Part shown: piece by piece, positions 61,336 through 64,000 of the stretch
Numbering within the stretch: the first letter of the stretch is position 1
Layout of the letters: each line of letters begins with the position of its first letter
Origin: Candidatus Poribacteria bacterium
Lineage (GTDB): Bacteria; Poribacteria; WGA-4E; WGA-3G
Assembly (NCBI GenBank): GCA_964291315.2
Contig: OZ219753.1
Span: forward strand, 128,001 to 192,000
DNA length: 64,000 bases
Direction: 5' to 3'
Position numbers and translations under genes: made by a program
The notes under the pieces: generated by a model
Told to the model about the DNA's origin: nothing
Seen by the model: only the letters and a program-made list of their open reading frames with translations
Database searches by the model: none

Positions 61336-64000
61336 TCAAAACTCATATATAAATCCTACAACGGTATTAAAGGGGTATCGCACAGGACTCTCGTATTCCA
61401 ACGATTCTGGGTCCCATGGAAACTCGTCCGAGCTCTCTTCTTCTGCCTCTTTGATTTCTTCGAGGAGTCTATCCTGAAGATTGAACTTTATCTTATTTTT
61501 CCTACTGTAGACATTCCGGATTTCGGTAAATCCTGTCAAGGGAATCCCCCACAACCTCGTTGTTTTTGTACTATAACGTAAATCTAAGCGGTGATATCTC
61601 TGAATCTTAGTTTCGGCAATGCTACCTGCCACATCAGAGAAAACTGGGTGTATTCCTAAGGTCACAGGATCTTGAATCATCAAGAGCGTGTTCAGAGAGA
61701 CTGCAGAGGTACCGCTCGTATATTGCCACCGTAGCCCAATTTCGTTTTTCACGTTTGGACTGTAGTTCGCGACTATACTAGCAATGTGTGTATTGTTAAA
61801 GAGGAAGGGCTTGTAAGTAGCCTCTGGGGTTTCACGCTGCTCAGCATGAATATAGGCATACGATAGCCATCCGAAAAACTTTTCGTTAACGCGATGCCGT
61901 AGAAATATCTCTGCTCCGCTCACGAACCCTGTCCCTTGATTGAGGTATGCCGTTGTAACTGGGGTGTCTAAACCGCCAAAGAGTGAATCAGTATTAACAG
62001 ATCGGGTGACTAATTTTTTCAGATCTTTGTAATAAAGAGCAAATTTAAGTTCCGTTTGTGGTGAGAGTTCATGCTCTAATTCCATGACGTAGTGCTCAGC
62101 GACGCTTGATGTTAGGTTTCTGTTACCGTCTGCTTTTAAAACCTGATGTGCAAAGGGACTTTGCTCATATCTGCCGTAAGCCAGGCGCAGGATAGAGCTC
62201 GTTGGCAACGTGAAGCTGAGGCTGCCGCGCGGTTGAATAGAGAGCTCCTCCGTCAAATTGAGATAATCAAACCTTACACCGAGAGCGACTGACAGAAAGG
62301 ATAAGGGATCGTAGCGGCCTTGTAAATACCCCTCAGCACGTCGAAAACCGTAATTAAATTCCTCTACATTCTTTTTCCAAACCACTGTTTCATCATCAAA
62401 GTTTAGATTGGGCGTAGAGGTATGTGTGACGCTCTCGGTAGGACTGAAGGCGAGGAGAAATCCCGGCTCGACTTGAAACGTTGATGTCAGTTTGTAGGAT
62501 ACGTCTTCGCGAAGAGCATACGTTGGCGCATTAACCCTAACATCGTAAACAAATTTTTCGGATCCAGCCCTATCGTTTTGGCTTGAATCTGCACCGAAAT
62601 CGATATTAAGAAAATTATAGGAACGTGTAAGCGAAAAACGGGAAGTCAATTTGTCAGTAAAATAAGATCTGAGATGGATGCCCTGCGCTTCAAATCCGTT
62701 TTTAAAATAGGCGGAAAAATTGTCCATATCTTCCACGCTTTCTGATCCGATATTAGAGAAGTCGAAATGATCTATCGCGCCCAGACCGTTGAGCGTCAGA
62801 TGATGTTTTTCCGTGAGTTCATAAGCAAATTTGAGCTGATAATCCCACCAGTTAGGAAATGTCCAATCAAAAAAAAGCCCGAGTATATGATTGAGGGTCG
62901 TGAATTGACCTGCGATGTACGCGTAACCTTTTTCTCCTATTTTAGCTTCGAGGAGTCCAGAAGGTGCTGCAATGTTCAGATCCAGAACACCCGCCCACTT
63001 CTTTTTTAAACGTTCGCGTGAACGGATGTCAATGATCGACTGTGAATCTAACCCGTATTCAACCCCATAGCCACCTGCATAAATCTGAATGTCAACGATA
63101 CTATCTGGGTTAATCGTTGAGGAAAGTCCACCATAGTGGAACGGATATCCGATCGGGGTTCTATCGAGATAGATGCGCGTATCGCCCGGTGCGCTGCCGC
63201 GAATATAGAGTACGCCGAAGAGATCGTTAGGAATACCGATGCTTGGCAGCGTTGTGAGACCTTTGAGTGGATCGCGTCCTGTTCCCGGAATCCGTATTAA
63301 TTCACTGCCTCGAATCTCTTTACGGCTGATTTTCGGGGGAAGACGTTGCCCTTCCACGACAACTGTTTCGAGCCTTACCGCGGTTCCGAGATATATTTTC
63401 GATTGTGTTATGTCGCCTGCAGTAACCCGTATTACTATAGTTGTGGGGATCTTGTGTGTTGTATGTCTAATTAACAAAGTGTAGGTGCCGGGTGCGATCC
63501 CTCTGAACTGAAAGTTCCCGGAAGCATCCGTATGCGCTAACCTGTCGATTTCCTCAATCCGCACTTCTGCTGCGTCAATAGGTTTCCTTGTTATTTGACT
63601 ATAGACTTGTCCGACGATATCCCCGCTATTGGCTGCGTTGACAAATGGCACCGGGGCCCCGGGGTAAAATCTCCCCCGGAGCATCTCGCCTGCTTGAATC
63701 TTGATAATGATCTCTACCGGTGTACTTATAGAAGCGTGGGATATGGATAACGTGTAAGTTCCGATAGGAATCTCAGCAAACTGAAAAGCTCCCTTCTCGT
63801 CGGTGGTTGTGTGTTGTTCGGTTTCGACAATGTGCACTTCTGCCTCGACCAATGGCATGTCGGTGTCACCTTGGTAGACCGTCCCTTCTATATCACCTGT
63901 GCGAGGAAAGACATTCTGCCAAAAGCTCTTTTTAGCTTTTGAAACATCGCCTTTTTGGGAATCTTCTGTTTTGGCGAAAACAGAAGATGGTATAATCAAG
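61336..64000 (-). CDS. TonB-dependent receptor with two N-terminal carboxypeptidase-regulatory-like domains; 5' end outside the window
   Basis: Two GxIxGxV..TTDxxGxFQFxxIxxGTYTL modules; LETVVVEG; plug YIRGS..YAGGYGVEYG; YHRLDLR, NVYSRKN; terminal YEF. Confidence 0.9.
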   Translation of the reverse strand, partial: LIIPSSVFAKTEDSQKGDVSKAKKSFWQNVFPRTGDIEGTVYQGDTDMPLVEAEVHIVETEQHTTTDEKGAFQFAEIPIGTYTLSISHASISTPVEIIIKIQAGEMLRGRFYPGAPVPFVNAANSGDIVGQVYSQITRKPIDAAEVRIEEIDRLAHTDASGNFQFRGIAPGTYTLLIRHTTHKIPTTIVIRVTAGDITQSKIYLGTAVRLETVVVEGQRLPPKISRKEIRGSELIRIPGTGRDPLKGLTTLPSIGIPNDLFGVLYIRGSAPGDTRIYLDRTPIGYPFHYGGLSSTINPDSIVDIQIYAGGYGVEYGLDSQSIIDIRSRERLKKKWAGVLDLNIAAPSGLLEAKIGEKGYAYIAGQFTTLNHILGLFFDWTFPNWWDYQLKFAYELTEKHHLTLNGLGAIDHFDFSNIGSESVEDMDNFSAYFKNGFEAQGIHLRSYFTDKLTSRFSLTRSYNFLNIDFGADSSQNDRAGSEKFVYDVRVNAPTYALREDVSYKLTSTFQVEPGFLLAFSPTESVTHTSTPNLNFDDETVVWKKNVEEFNYGFRRAEGYLQGRYDPLSFLSVALGVRFDYLNLTEELSIQPRGSLSFTLPTSSILRLAYGRYEQSPFAHQVLKADGNRNLTSSVAEHYVMELEHELSPQTELKFALYYKDLKKLVTRSVNTDSLFGGLDTPVTTAYLNQGTGFVSGAEIFLRHRVNEKFFGWLSYAYIHAEQRETPEATYKPFLFNNTHIASIVANYSPNVKNEIGLRWQYTSGTSAVSLNTLLMIQDPVTLGIHPVFSDVAGSIAETKIQRYHRLDLRYSTKTTRLWGIPLTGFTEIRNVYSRKNKIKFNLQDRLLEEIKEAEEESSDEFPWDPESLEYESPVRYPFNTVVGFIYEF

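Overview
Bacterial chromosomal segment, most likely Candidatus Poribacteria or a close relative. This is inferred from two C-terminal signatures on secreted proteins (LLxNYPNPFNPETWIPY and GKxTTxWxxLK), the DUF1549/DUF1553-DUF1501 pair, and lamin-tail, NHL and TPR proteins. The window holds about 45 intact genes: housekeeping (rpiA, bioF, murB, purH, mutL, nusB, pepP), catabolic enzymes, a peptide ABC transporter, an ECF sigma/anti-sigma pair, many secreted or outer-membrane proteins, and a partial TonB-dependent receptor. I found no tRNA, rRNA, CRISPR array, transposase or integrase. The most striking item is a solitary N6-adenine DNA methyltransferase between mutL and nusB. It is split only by a G9 tract (52511-52519) followed by TAA. 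One extra G restores a 1076-aa enzyme joining motif I to NPPY and an AT-rich target recognition domain, making it a candidate phase-variable epigenetic switch. Other points of note: a recurring short C-terminal motif that may be a sorting signal, three decayed relics of secreted-protein genes, a long structured leader and candidate operators ahead of a triple lamin-tail protein, several enzymes with substituted catalytic residues, and two families of small intergenic palindromes.
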